From an uncultured Muribaculaceae bacterium (lineage in GTDB: Bacteria > Bacillota_I > Bacilli_A > RF39 > UBA660): 42,949 nt of DNA. Positions 25,690 through 36,149 of the stretch are shown one piece after another. The stretch is taken from contig CAZMCS010000002.1 of the NCBI GenBank assembly GCA_964565085.1, forward strand, positions 1 to 42,949. The letters run 5' to 3'. The notes beneath the pieces were generated by a model. The model saw only the letters and a list, made by a program, of their open reading frames with translations, was not told the DNA's origin and ran no database searches. How positions within the stretch are numbered: position 1 is the first letter of the stretch; the number at the start of each line of letters is the position of its first letter. The position numbers and the translations under genes are program-made.

Positions 25690-27092
25690 TCTATATTGGT
25701 AGTAATATAATAATTAAAAACTCACCTAAACTTCTCAAGGATGTGTTGGTTGAAGAACTTAAACTACCCAATCCAAAATACACTACTGCTATAGAAAACG
25801 GTTTTAGTACGTGGGGTATAGACCCCAACATATACAATTTCAGCATACTACCTGACAATAGTATAGTAATACCAAGAGGATATAAAAAAAGATTACTTAG
25901 TCTAATAGACTATTTTTCACTAAAACCCAAAATTGAAGATAATAGAAACATATTCCCGTTTGAAACGATCGATTCGAGACATATAAATTATAGGCCTCTA
26001 CAATTGCAGGCCATAATACAACTAGTTAGTTCTGGGCAAGAAGGTATTTTAGTAGCTCCACCAGGCGGCGGTAAAACAGTAATGGGGCTGAGTCTAATAC
26101 CCATGTTAGGACAACCTACTTTGTGGTTGACACACACAGATAGACTAGCTAAGCAAACGCTTGAAAGAGTACGAACTTTTCTTCCATCACTAAAAGATGA
26201 AGATAAAGGATACATAGGCAATGGCAAATGGGTAGTCGGTAATATACTTACAGTAGCTATGGTACAAACTCTCAACAGAAGACCAGAAGAAACTGCTAAA
26301 CTAAGTGAACGTTTTGGTTTAGTAATACTGGACGAAGCTCATCATTGTCCAGCTACTACATTTTTGTCTACAATAAGCAATTTCAATTCATATTATAGAT
26401 ACGGTCTTACCGCTACTCCGTATAGAAGTGATAAAATGGAAAAATTAATGTTTCAGTCACTGGGCGACGAAACAGTCAGAATATCCATACAACAATTAGA
26501 ACAGGCTGGTAGTATAATAATACCAACTATAAAATACAGAGCAATAAGTTCTAAAAATATAGATGGTAACAATGTACAAGAAATTTTAAAAAAACACATT
26601 GTGCCTAACAAAAAAAGAAATGGATTGATAGCAGGAGACGTAATAAGAGAAGCCATTGAGGGTAACTTTTGTATAGTAGTAACTGACAGAAAACTACATG
26701 CTGAATTACTATATGATTTAATCCGTCCAACATGGCCAAAAACAGGCATAGCAACAGGAAACTACAGCAGGAAATACATAGACGAACAAGTTAACTTATT
26801 CGAGAATAATGAAATAACTGTATTAATATGCACGTTTCAACTATTAGGAGAAGGTTTTGACATTAGTTTTTTAAACAGAGGTTTCATAACTATGCCATTC
26901 AGAGCTGAAGGAAAAGTTGAACAGTTGATTGGTAGGATACAGAGGATAGCACCTGGCAAAAAAGATGCCATAGTATACGATTATGTGGACATTAATATAG
27001 GAGTATTAAGAAGTCAATTCTATACTTCGTACGGTAAAGACTGTAGATATAACTGCTATGAAAGACTAGGTGTACACATAGAACCCTATTAG
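25683..27092 (+). CDS. superfamily 2 DEAH-box helicase (type III restriction Res-like core)
   Basis: Motif I APPGGGKT, motif II VILDEAHH, motif III GLTATPYR. C-terminal RecA-like lobe with QLIGRIQR. Confidence 0.85.
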   Translation: MLIYIGSNIIIKNSPKLLKDVLVEELKLPNPKYTTAIENGFSTWGIDPNIYNFSILPDNSIVIPRGYKKRLLSLIDYFSLKPKIEDNRNIFPFETIDSRHINYRPLQLQAIIQLVSSGQEGILVAPPGGGKTVMGLSLIPMLGQPTLWLTHTDRLAKQTLERVRTFLPSLKDEDKGYIGNGKWVVGNILTVAMVQTLNRRPEETAKLSERFGLVILDEAHHCPATTFLSTISNFNSYYRYGLTATPYRSDKMEKLMFQSLGDETVRISIQQLEQAGSIIIPTIKYRAISSKNIDGNNVQEILKKHIVPNKKRNGLIAGDVIREAIEGNFCIVVTDRKLHAELLYDLIRPTWPKTGIATGNYSRKYIDEQVNLFENNEITVLICTFQLLGEGFDISFLNRGFITMPFRAEGKVEQLIGRIQRIAPGKKDAIVYDYVDINIGVLRSQFYTSYGKDCRYNCYERLGVHIEPY

Positions 27093-27101
27093 GAGAAAAG
27101 C

Positions 27102-28319
27102 ATGGATATAAATATCAGAATATCTAATGTTATGGATAGATGCAAAATATCTAAGATAGGTTTGTCTGAGAACAGGCTTATCAGACTACCGGCAGAAATG
27201 AGAACTTTATACGAGATAACACCTGGACAACAGTTAACACTTACTACTAAAACTGGATCACTGATCTCTTTATTAGTCACAGGGGCACATAAAGAAGATG
27301 TAGAAAAAGATGACCTAAGTGCATACGTAAATAGTGAAATCGCTGAATTATTAGGAATAGAGGATAATAACTCGATAGAAGTTTCATTATATGATGGCCT
27401 AACACTAGGATGTGACCCTGAATTTTTTATAGTTGATAAATATAAAGGCTTTATTCATTCGGCATCTATGTTCTTTCAAAAATGGGGAGATGTAGGATAC
27501 GATGGTATCATGGCAGAAGTAAGACCACTACCCAGTGTAAGCGCATATGTGGTAACCTCAAATATATTTTCACTTATCAAAAAAGCAAGAAGAATAATAG
27601 ACAATCATCCTAGTGGAATAGGCAAAAATATAATAATGGTAGCCTCGTCATCATTCAACAACATACAAGCTGGTTTTCATTTACATTATGGAATGCCTTT
27701 ACATATGCTTGGTTATGCTCCTGAAGGTAGTATTAAAAACAAGTTGATAAATCAAATAATAAAAGTTATGGATTTCTACATAGGAATCCCAAGCATTATT
27801 ATTGAAGGTACATGTGATAGCTCCAGACGCACAAATTTATTTTCGGACTATGGCAAACCTGGAGGATACAGACTTGACACTAGAACGCTAGAATATAGGG
27901 TGCCTGGGGGTGCTTTACTGAAACACCCAGCCCTAACTAGTGGCATCTTGGCACTCGGTGCTGTAGTAGTAGAAGACATAGTAAGCAGGATAAAAGAATA
28001 TTCTGATCAATTTATTGATCTATCAGTAATTACCACACCTGAAGATATTAGGGCGTTATACAATAGCTTACCACAGACTAAAGAAATATTTAAAGCAATA
28101 TGTAGTAAAGATACTGGTATAGCTGAAGAAATGATGTCAATTATAATACCTGACATCGAAAAGATGGTAGGTTATAAAAGAAGAGCACATGTGATAAAAA
28201 ACTTTTTTTCCATAATAAAACACAAAGAGGAATTTAACAATAACATAGAAAACAACTGGGAGGGATTTGGTAATGAGACTCAATCTGGACAAATGGACAT
28301 TTATACAGCACAGTTCTAA
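27102..28319 (+). CDS. COOH-NH2 ligase type 2 (DPEF family), paralogue A2, with a ~95-aa N-terminal extension
   Basis: LGCDPEFFIVD, DGIMAEVRPLPS, GFHLHYG and LEYRVPG are collinear with A1 and A3. Confidence 0.55.
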   Translation: MDINIRISNVMDRCKISKIGLSENRLIRLPAEMRTLYEITPGQQLTLTTKTGSLISLLVTGAHKEDVEKDDLSAYVNSEIAELLGIEDNNSIEVSLYDGLTLGCDPEFFIVDKYKGFIHSASMFFQKWGDVGYDGIMAEVRPLPSVSAYVVTSNIFSLIKKARRIIDNHPSGIGKNIIMVASSSFNNIQAGFHLHYGMPLHMLGYAPEGSIKNKLINQIIKVMDFYIGIPSIIIEGTCDSSRRTNLFSDYGKPGGYRLDTRTLEYRVPGGALLKHPALTSGILALGAVVVEDIVSRIKEYSDQFIDLSVITTPEDIRALYNSLPQTKEIFKAICSKDTGIAEEMMSIIIPDIEKMVGYKRRAHVIKNFFSIIKHKEEFNNNIENNWEGFGNETQSGQMDIYTAQF

Positions 28320-29955
28320 GCCTACTATAGATACCAAAGAAGTCTTATATTGGAAAGGTAGCTTGAAAAAACTATTAAAAGTAGGTATGGAATTCGAATA
28401 TAATCTACCGGATTCCAATGGTACTTGTAAGGGAAATAGCAATGTGTGTCCTTGTGTAAAAATGGCTACTAACGATTGTTGGAAAGAGTGTGCTAATAAA
28501 GCAAAGTGTGACGCTGAGAAAAACTACGACAAATGTTTGGCTAGAGCAGAAAAATGCAAACCAGAAGACTGCAAGAATTGTCCTAACTATGTATATGAAT
28601 GTCCTGGTGTATTTTGTACAAATTTTGTTACCAAATGTTTTAATTGCAGTGATTTTGTAACAGACTGTGCAAATTGCAAAAACAGATATGATCCAAGTAA
28701 AAACCCAGAATATATAAGAAATAAGATAACTGCTGAACTGACTCCTAACAACTGCTATGGTTACATAAATGAAAGTGGAGTACACAGTATAACTACGGAC
28801 GGTAGCCTACTAGGTAAACAAGGAGCTGAAGTAATAACTATAGGAAGACGTGTTGACTACTGGGAATTTTATAAAATGTCAAAAAATATAATCCAAAATG
28901 TTACTACCAAAGGCGCTTATCTAAATGAAAGATGTAGTCTACACATGCATCTTCTTGCAAGTTATTACGGTAAATTATTTCCTAGTAGTAGCTCAGCTAA
29001 ACATGGTATACCTGAGAATATAAGTGAGTTGGAAAGACCAATGCCGGAAATAATACTTGCTAATTTTCATCAGCTAGTAAGACGCTATCAAAACGCGTTA
29101 ACGTGGATGGGCATGAGCTTGGACATCCCAAACAAAATGACAAGGTGGGAAAAATTCAGAGTATCAGTCCTACAGATATCAGCAATAATGAATGATATGA
29201 GATCTGTACAAGAACAAGTATCTAGCCATTCTGGTAATAACAAGTATGGATTTGTAAATTACAAATACTGTCAATTTAATCGTTCTGGAGACATTACAAG
29301 ATTCCATATAGAAATGAGAAATCTAGATGGTATGAACAGCCCAAGTGCAGTAGCGGCCTTCGCATGTCTTTATTATGCGCTTGTGTTGAAAGCTGTAGAG
29401 ATCTCAAGGCACGGAATAGTAGAGGTAGGAGATTCTGAATGGTTTTCATATGCTTTAAAAGTAAAAGATGCTATTTTAAACAATGTAAAAGGATACCAGG
29501 AAGGAGACAGATTTTCAGATACCAGTAAACTGTATCAGTATAACAAGTATCTAATTGCTGAATCTCTAGATTTAGTAAGGCAACTAAAACATATTCTTAT
29601 AAAAATAGGCCCGGCATATCAAGTTCTGGAACAACTTGCTGAAAGTCCAATAGCTATTAGAAGGTGTAATGGTGACACTTGGGAAAAAATAGAGACTGAT
29701 TTATCGGTTCCGACTACCAATGAAACCGAACTCGAAGCAACTATAAACGAGTTCATAGATCTAAGATTAATAGACTCTTGTAATAGTCTTAGTGAATGGG
29801 TTACAGCAGTAGGAAAAGTAATCAGACAAAACACCTATGCTGAAGTTGAGGAGACTGACAATCTAGAAGAAAGAGTATTAAACTACGTAATTGACAAAAA
29901 AGAAAATGGAGAGCTGATCTGGTCGAACACGCTAGGCACAGCGGTGTTACTATAA
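28273..29955 (+). CDS. GS-like 'putative amidoligase' with a cysteine-rich insert
   Basis: The KVGMEFEY strand and SLHMHL block are typical of the GS/GCS-like amidoligase family. An insert carries 16 Cys by my count (28426-28676). The ATG at 28273 is preferred over the track's TTG at 28267. Confidence 0.55.
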   Translation: MRLNLDKWTFIQHSSKPTIDTKEVLYWKGSLKKLLKVGMEFEYNLPDSNGTCKGNSNVCPCVKMATNDCWKECANKAKCDAEKNYDKCLARAEKCKPEDCKNCPNYVYECPGVFCTNFVTKCFNCSDFVTDCANCKNRYDPSKNPEYIRNKITAELTPNNCYGYINESGVHSITTDGSLLGKQGAEVITIGRRVDYWEFYKMSKNIIQNVTTKGAYLNERCSLHMHLLASYYGKLFPSSSSAKHGIPENISELERPMPEIILANFHQLVRRYQNALTWMGMSLDIPNKMTRWEKFRVSVLQISAIMNDMRSVQEQVSSHSGNNKYGFVNYKYCQFNRSGDITRFHIEMRNLDGMNSPSAVAAFACLYYALVLKAVEISRHGIVEVGDSEWFSYALKVKDAILNNVKGYQEGDRFSDTSKLYQYNKYLIAESLDLVRQLKHILIKIGPAYQVLEQLAESPIAIRRCNGDTWEKIETDLSVPTTNETELEATINEFIDLRLIDSCNSLSEWVTAVGKVIRQNTYAEVEETDNLEERVLNYVIDKKENGELIWSNTLGTAVLL

Positions 29956-29967
29956 TAGGAGTTAAAT

Positions 29968-30804
29968 ATGTGTGCTATATTCGGAATAGGATTTTTAAAT
30001 AATTACAGTGTAAATAATGCGTCTACTATTAGACGCGTGCTCGACGAGTTATTCGATCAAGCTGAGATTTGTGGCCGTGACGCATCTGGAATTGCATTGG
30101 TGACGAACAAAGAGATTAATGTTATTAAAAATAACGTAACTGGAAGAAAATTTGTAACTGAAAACAATTACATTGAAGCAGTAACCAACTATTTAAAAAC
30201 TGGACATAATAATGCACATAAGATGTCTATTTTAGGTCACTGTAGAGCGCAAACAAAAGGAACTAGTGAAGACAGAAGCAATAATCATCCAATAGTAACC
30301 GGCAAAACTGTAGGTATTCATAATGGGATAATAACAAACGATGAGGAACTATGGGATATTCTAAAAGCTACTAAAAAACCAGCAGAAAGATGTGGTAGAG
30401 TAGATAGTGAAATCATATTTAAATTAATAGATAACGAATTCAACAGTAATAGGGACACTACGATGAGTAGAGCCATACAACTAGCTGTAAATGCGTTATC
30501 AGGTAGTTTTGCGTGTGCTGCGGTAAATTCAAAAGTACCATGGATGTTATATTTGTTTAGAAAAGAGCTTCCAATAGATATAGTACACTACAACCAGGCA
30601 GGACTATTAATGTTCGCCACTAGATCTTCTTTCATACAAAATGCAGTATCTAAAGCCGGTGGTTTAGGCAAACCAAGTCATATAGTTTTAAATAGCAATT
30701 CTGGCATATGTATAAATTTATTAAACAATAAATTGCACACATTTAGTATCAACAACTGTTTACAGCTACAACCACCAAAAATAAGCATGGGAGTAACACA
30801 ATGA
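29968..30804 (+). CDS. stand-alone class II (Ntn) glutamine amidotransferase domain protein
   Basis: MCAIFGI places the nucleophile Cys right after Met. GHCRAQTKG, NNHPI, IHNGIITN and VDSE blocks. No synthetase domain follows. Confidence 0.8.
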   Translation: MCAIFGIGFLNNYSVNNASTIRRVLDELFDQAEICGRDASGIALVTNKEINVIKNNVTGRKFVTENNYIEAVTNYLKTGHNNAHKMSILGHCRAQTKGTSEDRSNNHPIVTGKTVGIHNGIITNDEELWDILKATKKPAERCGRVDSEIIFKLIDNEFNSNRDTTMSRAIQLAVNALSGSFACAAVNSKVPWMLYLFRKELPIDIVHYNQAGLLMFATRSSFIQNAVSKAGGLGKPSHIVLNSNSGICINLLNNKLHTFSINNCLQLQPPKISMGVTQ

Positions 30805-31688
30805 GTCTTGATATAACATCAGTATTTACTAATTTATCACATCTTGGAAGATTAAAACACAAAGAAGAGTATTCTACTATAATACTAACCCAGACTGTTG
30901 ATCAATTAATAGTAGGATCACGACTTGTTATAAAAAATAAAATAGATAACCATGATAATCTGACTAAGACATGTATTACTTCTCTAGATCACATTTTTAC
31001 TTCAGATTCCATAAATCAAAATAGTAATAAACACACTATAGAAGTACAAGGAGTTCGTCCTGTTGCAATTGACGACAATGAAGATGCTGTGTTCTATTTA
31101 ACAAGTAAGCAATTTAAAATGGCTGGAAGATCATTTCTAAATAATCACAAACTAAAAGAAGTAGACGAGTTTAATACATCCAAACTACAAGAAATAAAAG
31201 AGTATACTGATCGTTATAGTTCCATAACGTTTCGTGTACATAACAATAAACAAGCAGCCAAATGTTTGTATAAATTAAACGACTTTACGAAAAGTTTTAA
31301 GTATAGTAGGCTAGCTAATCAGTATGTATCTGATTATGTGCTGGATGAGACTATCCCACTATTTACATTCATAAATCTATCGGAATGTATTCCTATATTC
31401 AATCCGAGACGACTAGATGGAATAGTGATATATCTCCAGGCAATCTCAAAGTTAACCACCACACCAATAACTGTGGCAAAATTATTAATAACCACAAATA
31501 ACTATCTGGATAATGTTTTTGTAATAGATGGCCAAACAATAAATGTAACTGAGAATATACATAAAGGGATATGGGATAGTTTCGCAAAGATGATATTACA
31601 AAAGGGACGTGTTGACAAAGCAAAAGAATCTATTAACTTAGAATCAATAGATAACGCATGTGTTTGTGCTTCTACATCAACACATTAA
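30801..31688 (+). CDS. hypothetical protein embedded between the two Ntn amidotransferases
   Basis: ATGA overlap with the upstream stop. 295 aa with no motif recognised. Confidence 0.55.
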   Translation: MSLDITSVFTNLSHLGRLKHKEEYSTIILTQTVDQLIVGSRLVIKNKIDNHDNLTKTCITSLDHIFTSDSINQNSNKHTIEVQGVRPVAIDDNEDAVFYLTSKQFKMAGRSFLNNHKLKEVDEFNTSKLQEIKEYTDRYSSITFRVHNNKQAAKCLYKLNDFTKSFKYSRLANQYVSDYVLDETIPLFTFINLSECIPIFNPRRLDGIVIYLQAISKLTTTPITVAKLLITTNNYLDNVFVIDGQTINVTENIHKGIWDSFAKMILQKGRVDKAKESINLESIDNACVCASTSTH

Positions 31689-31748
31689 GTAAAACAAGTA
31701 GTATCTTACCCATAATTTACTAATAATAAAACAATTTAGGAAGGTTAT

Positions 31749-33650
31749 ATGTGCGGAATAGTCGGTATTATAAATTTTGGAGATGTTGACAAAGAAGAAG
31801 AAAGATCTAAAAGAGAAACATCAATATTTCTTGCTACAGAGCTAATGCAACAAACTCAAGCAAGAGGCAAAGATGCTACCGGAGTAGTTAATTTGTATGC
31901 TAATGGTGATTGGCACGGTCTAAAAGAAGGCATTGACTGCATTGAATTTCTCTCAAAATGGGGCGAAACTGAAAACGAGTTTGGAGGTTTTTTAAAAATA
32001 TGGAGAAAGAAAAAAACAGCCCACAAAATATTTTTAGGACACTGTAGAAAAAGTTCCGTTGGTAGTACGTGGCATAATGCTAATAATCATCCTATACATA
32101 TAGGTGATGTGGTTGGAGTACACAACGGTACTCTTGACAACCACAACCAGATATTTGATAAGCTAAAATGTAAACGTGATGGTGATGTAGATAGTGAGGC
32201 TATAATAAGATTATTACACGTTTATTCAAAAAATGGAACTGTACCATTCACCCCAGATATGGTAAAAGAAGTAGCTATGAGACTTCAAGGGTCCTATGCT
32301 GTATTGGCGTTTAGTGGAAATAATCCATTTCAACTTGCCTGTTTCAGAGATGGGAGACCAATAGAATTCGCCTTAATAAAACCCACTAAACAAATACTAG
32401 TGGCATCGGAAAAAATATTTCTCCAATCTGCAGTGTTTAGAATGAGTAAAGAGGTAAAACTATACAACAACAGGATTTACCCGTATCTCACAGAAGATGA
32501 TGTAGAATTCAAAACTATGCGTGACGATAGTTTGGTAATATGGGATCTTACCAGAGACATTGATAACAACACTAAAATAGAAGATCTCTATAACACGAAA
32601 GATGTACCACGTGCTAATAAATTGTGGAAAGCACCAATACAGTCGAATTATAGTAGTAGTTATCATGGTAATTATAACCATAGTTATAGTACTAATAACT
32701 ATAATTCTCATGCAAGTGCTGCAACTAATTCTATGAGTAATAAAAATTGCAGCACAAACGCTAAAAACTATACATCCGTTTCAAAGAAAAGAGAAAAAAA
32801 CTCAACAAATAAAGAGAACAGAAATGGAATGATATGGAACCATAAATTTAAAAAATTCGAACCTAATATTACGGAGATATCTGCTGCTGAAAAAATAGGC
32901 AATGTGGAAATACGTATAGACGAAGATTGGATAAAACACATAGGTGCCAAGTACGATGATAGATTACACACCGTCGAGTTAATTGAAGGTGATGAAAGTA
33001 TACAAGATGTTACCGAAAATATCGTTGAAGCAAGAATAATAAACGAGCCTAATATAAATGATGATGTTACGATTATCGATCCAGCAGATATAGATATTTT
33101 GCACACAGAAGGTGAGTGTACAACTGAAATAACTAGAGTAGATCATGTTGTTCTAGAAGAAGCCAATACAGCATTAGAAAAACTCGAAAAATATGAAAGT
33201 ATCGAAGATGTTATGATAGATATGGACATAGATAGTGAAGAAGCTATGAATCAGCTCCCTATACATGCATTAGCAAATAGAATGAAAAAGGTAATGTATA
33301 AACTTGGGTTTTATGATGGCTGGCTTAAATGTTCTTCACGTAAAAAAGGCAACGGTGTTGAAAATAATACTGACAAGAAACACATGTCTAAGTTATCTAG
33401 AGCCGAGAAAAACATCAGGATTCTAAAAACTATGACCACAATCATGTTCAAAATATTCGATGGAAAAGAGTCGAATGTATATACTGACCAGAGTTATGGT
33501 TATGTTTTGAATAAAGCACTTATGGAATCTTTAAAAGACGGAGGCAGACTTAATACCGATGATATAGACAAAGTGTATTCTCAAGGTGATATGAGCAAAC
33601 ACCTGATACTGAGAAAAATAAGAGCCACAGTAAAAGAAAAAGAGAAGTAA
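31749..33650 (+). CDS. class II (Ntn) glutamine amidotransferase domain fused to a long uncharacterised C-terminal region
   Basis: MCGIVGII, GHCRKSSVG, NNHPIH, VHNGTLDN and VDSE. An N/S/Y-rich low-complexity linker follows, then ~300 aa of unknown sequence. Confidence 0.8.
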   Translation: MCGIVGIINFGDVDKEEERSKRETSIFLATELMQQTQARGKDATGVVNLYANGDWHGLKEGIDCIEFLSKWGETENEFGGFLKIWRKKKTAHKIFLGHCRKSSVGSTWHNANNHPIHIGDVVGVHNGTLDNHNQIFDKLKCKRDGDVDSEAIIRLLHVYSKNGTVPFTPDMVKEVAMRLQGSYAVLAFSGNNPFQLACFRDGRPIEFALIKPTKQILVASEKIFLQSAVFRMSKEVKLYNNRIYPYLTEDDVEFKTMRDDSLVIWDLTRDIDNNTKIEDLYNTKDVPRANKLWKAPIQSNYSSSYHGNYNHSYSTNNYNSHASAATNSMSNKNCSTNAKNYTSVSKKREKNSTNKENRNGMIWNHKFKKFEPNITEISAAEKIGNVEIRIDEDWIKHIGAKYDDRLHTVELIEGDESIQDVTENIVEARIINEPNINDDVTIIDPADIDILHTEGECTTEITRVDHVVLEEANTALEKLEKYESIEDVMIDMDIDSEEAMNQLPIHALANRMKKVMYKLGFYDGWLKCSSRKKGNGVENNTDKKHMSKLSRAEKNIRILKTMTTIMFKIFDGKESNVYTDQSYGYVLNKALMESLKDGGRLNTDDIDKVYSQGDMSKHLILRKIRATVKEKEK

Positions 33651-33670
33651 ACCATATATGGAGATCTGTG

Positions 33671-34993
33671 ATGCAGAAAAAGTTAGTGTTGATGATTTCG
33701 GACAAGATGGATCTGAACAAGAAGTCGGATAGAAACGAGCACTCTTTATTAAGAATGTCAGCTATGACGCGAGACAATCTGCAATTTAATAAGACATTTG
33801 TAGAACTAAAACCAACTTCCAATGCTATAAATTCACTAAAACTAAATATTTTTAGGGCATTCTCGTCTGATATAAATAAACTTAAAGAAAAAGTAGCAAG
33901 TGGTGAATTAACACTAGATGAGATAAACAGAGTGGGTTTCGTAACCAGAGATACTTATAAGAGAATCCTTGGCAACAGGCGCCAAAAAAACATATGGATT
34001 TCGGATAACAGTGACCCAACACAACAAATAGAGAATTTAGTAATAGGTTCTGATCCAGAATTTTTATTGTTTAACGAGGTAGGGGAAGTAGTAAGAGCCA
34101 ACAGTCTAATGATTAAACAAGGCAAACTTGGTTGTGACGGTGCAATGGCAGAACTGAGGCCAGACCCGGCTAAATCACCAGAAGAAGTAGTGAATAACAT
34201 AATGCAAATACTTTCGGATGAGTCACTAACTACTAGAATAGCGACTACTAAATGGATTGCAGAGTGTTACTATAAGGATAGTGTCCGAGATTACCCTGTA
34301 GGTGGACATATTCATATTGGTAATCCACAACAAGTTGCCGATATACCTATGATGTACAGATGTGATTTTTTCAATTCGATAAACAAGATAATGGATGAAC
34401 TATTATCTGTGCCAATGATTAAATTAGATGGGTTGGAGAAAGGATCATCAAGGCGAACAAAATGCAACACGGTACTAAACGGATCGAACGGTTACGGGTG
34501 GTATGGGGAATGGCGCGAATGTAATGGCCACTTTGAACATAGAACTCTAAGTGGTTTATGGCTTACTCATCCAACACTAGCTGTAGCTGTGCTAGGAACA
34601 GCCGAAGCTATAGCTAAAGAGGTATTTAAATTAGGTGCAGCTTCTAACTATGATATGAATTACTTATTCCCACAAAAATTTCATGCAGTTAGCGTATGGA
34701 GTTCTGATTTTGATAGTTGGGCGGAAATACCATTGATAGTAGATATGAAATGCACTACTTCATCTAAACAGGTTAAAGCCTTATTACATGATTCTGATCC
34801 AAGTAATATAACTGATAGTTACTTAAAAGAGTGGTATAACAACATAAAAACGTTGTCTACTTATAGTAGGTATGATAAATACATAGATGTTTTGTACTCC
34901 ATACTTTGTCATTCAGATAAAGAGCTAAGTGATTATAGTAGAGATATCAAAGATAACTGGCTTGGGGGTAAAGAATACCTAACAACTATTTAA
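33671..34993 (+). CDS. COOH-NH2 ligase type 2 (DPEF family), paralogue A3, with a ~125-aa N-terminal extension
   Basis: IGSDPEFLLF, DGAMAELRPDPA, GGHIHIG and FEHRTLSG are collinear with A1 and A2. Confidence 0.55.
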   Translation: MQKKLVLMISDKMDLNKKSDRNEHSLLRMSAMTRDNLQFNKTFVELKPTSNAINSLKLNIFRAFSSDINKLKEKVASGELTLDEINRVGFVTRDTYKRILGNRRQKNIWISDNSDPTQQIENLVIGSDPEFLLFNEVGEVVRANSLMIKQGKLGCDGAMAELRPDPAKSPEEVVNNIMQILSDESLTTRIATTKWIAECYYKDSVRDYPVGGHIHIGNPQQVADIPMMYRCDFFNSINKIMDELLSVPMIKLDGLEKGSSRRTKCNTVLNGSNGYGWYGEWRECNGHFEHRTLSGLWLTHPTLAVAVLGTAEAIAKEVFKLGAASNYDMNYLFPQKFHAVSVWSSDFDSWAEIPLIVDMKCTTSSKQVKALLHDSDPSNITDSYLKEWYNNIKTLSTYSRYDKYIDVLYSILCHSDKELSDYSRDIKDNWLGGKEYLTTI

Positions 34994-35054
34994 ATATAGT
35001 AGTTTTAAAATAATATAATAAAATTTTAATCAAAAAAATGATAGGAGAATTAAT

Positions 35055-36146
35055 ATGGCAAATAATGATGTTTACATTTATTACAGTGGAGCAACAGATA
35101 AAACAGGCAAAGCACTTTGTGAAGCATTGGATATAGACGGTGGTGCAGTCGCCCCTAAAACAAATAAAAAAGTTGTAATAGGATGGGGTACAAAAACAAC
35201 AAAAGAAGTAAACATGGGTAATAGCATTACCATTAACCACCCAAACTCTATTCGAGCAAATAGGGATAAATATTCGGCGCTGACTAAACTTAAAGAAAGA
35301 AACGTAAATGTAGCCAATTTTATGACGGCAGAAGAAGCCAACAATATGCTCAAGTCAAAAAAAAACATGAGCATGCCTATTATCGGACGTACTAAGTATC
35401 ACCAGGGAGGAAAAGGGTTTTGGACATGCTTAGATGAAGGAATGGTTCAAGAAGCTATACATGAGGGTGCTTATTATTTTCAAGAACGAATACCAATAAA
35501 GGATGAATACCGACTCCATATATTTGATGGTAATCTGATATATGCTCAGAAAAAAGTAAAACGCGATGACATGGAAAAAGCATTTATTGATCATCAGATG
35601 GGCAAAATTGAAAACGCCGCCGATAGAGGAGGTAAAAAATTAGACAAGGACACCATCAACTTCATACTTGAAAGGCAGGCTAAAGAACAGGCAGAACACG
35701 CTGATATGTTGATCAGATCTAATGAAAGAGGATGGAAGTTTATATCCATTAAAACATCTAGTATCAAAGAAGAACTACTGCAGCAGGCAGTTAAAGCGGT
35801 AAGTGCGGTTGGTCTTGATTTTGGAGCAGTCGATTGTTGTACAGACTTGAATGGTAAATCATGGATAATTGAGATAAACTCAGGACCCGGTTTGGATGGA
35901 AAATCATTCAAAGCATATGTAGAAACATTGGATCAAGCTATACGCAACAGGTGTTATCCTAGCAAAACAAAAACCAATGAAAAAACTACATCGGAATCGT
36001 CAACCAGTACTACGTCAGCAAAACCCGAAAGTAACAAATCGATTTTGAAACAGAAACTATCTCTCTTACAGGAAATGATTGACGTGGCTGACACCGATGA
36101 ACTCGTAGCGCTAAACAAAGTAGCTGCAAAAATGTTTGGTGGTTGA
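35055..36146 (+). CDS. ATP-grasp ligase (RimK-like)
   Basis: EYRLHIFDGNLIYA and GLDFGAVDC...SWIIEINSGPGL are ATP-grasp core blocks. S/T-rich C-terminal tail. Confidence 0.75.
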   Translation: MANNDVYIYYSGATDKTGKALCEALDIDGGAVAPKTNKKVVIGWGTKTTKEVNMGNSITINHPNSIRANRDKYSALTKLKERNVNVANFMTAEEANNMLKSKKNMSMPIIGRTKYHQGGKGFWTCLDEGMVQEAIHEGAYYFQERIPIKDEYRLHIFDGNLIYAQKKVKRDDMEKAFIDHQMGKIENAADRGGKKLDKDTINFILERQAKEQAEHADMLIRSNERGWKFISIKTSSIKEELLQQAVKAVSAVGLDFGAVDCCTDLNGKSWIIEINSGPGLDGKSFKAYVETLDQAIRNRCYPSKTKTNEKTTSESSTSTTSAKPESNKSILKQKLSLLQEMIDVADTDELVALNKVAAKMFGG

Positions 36147-36149
36147 TAA

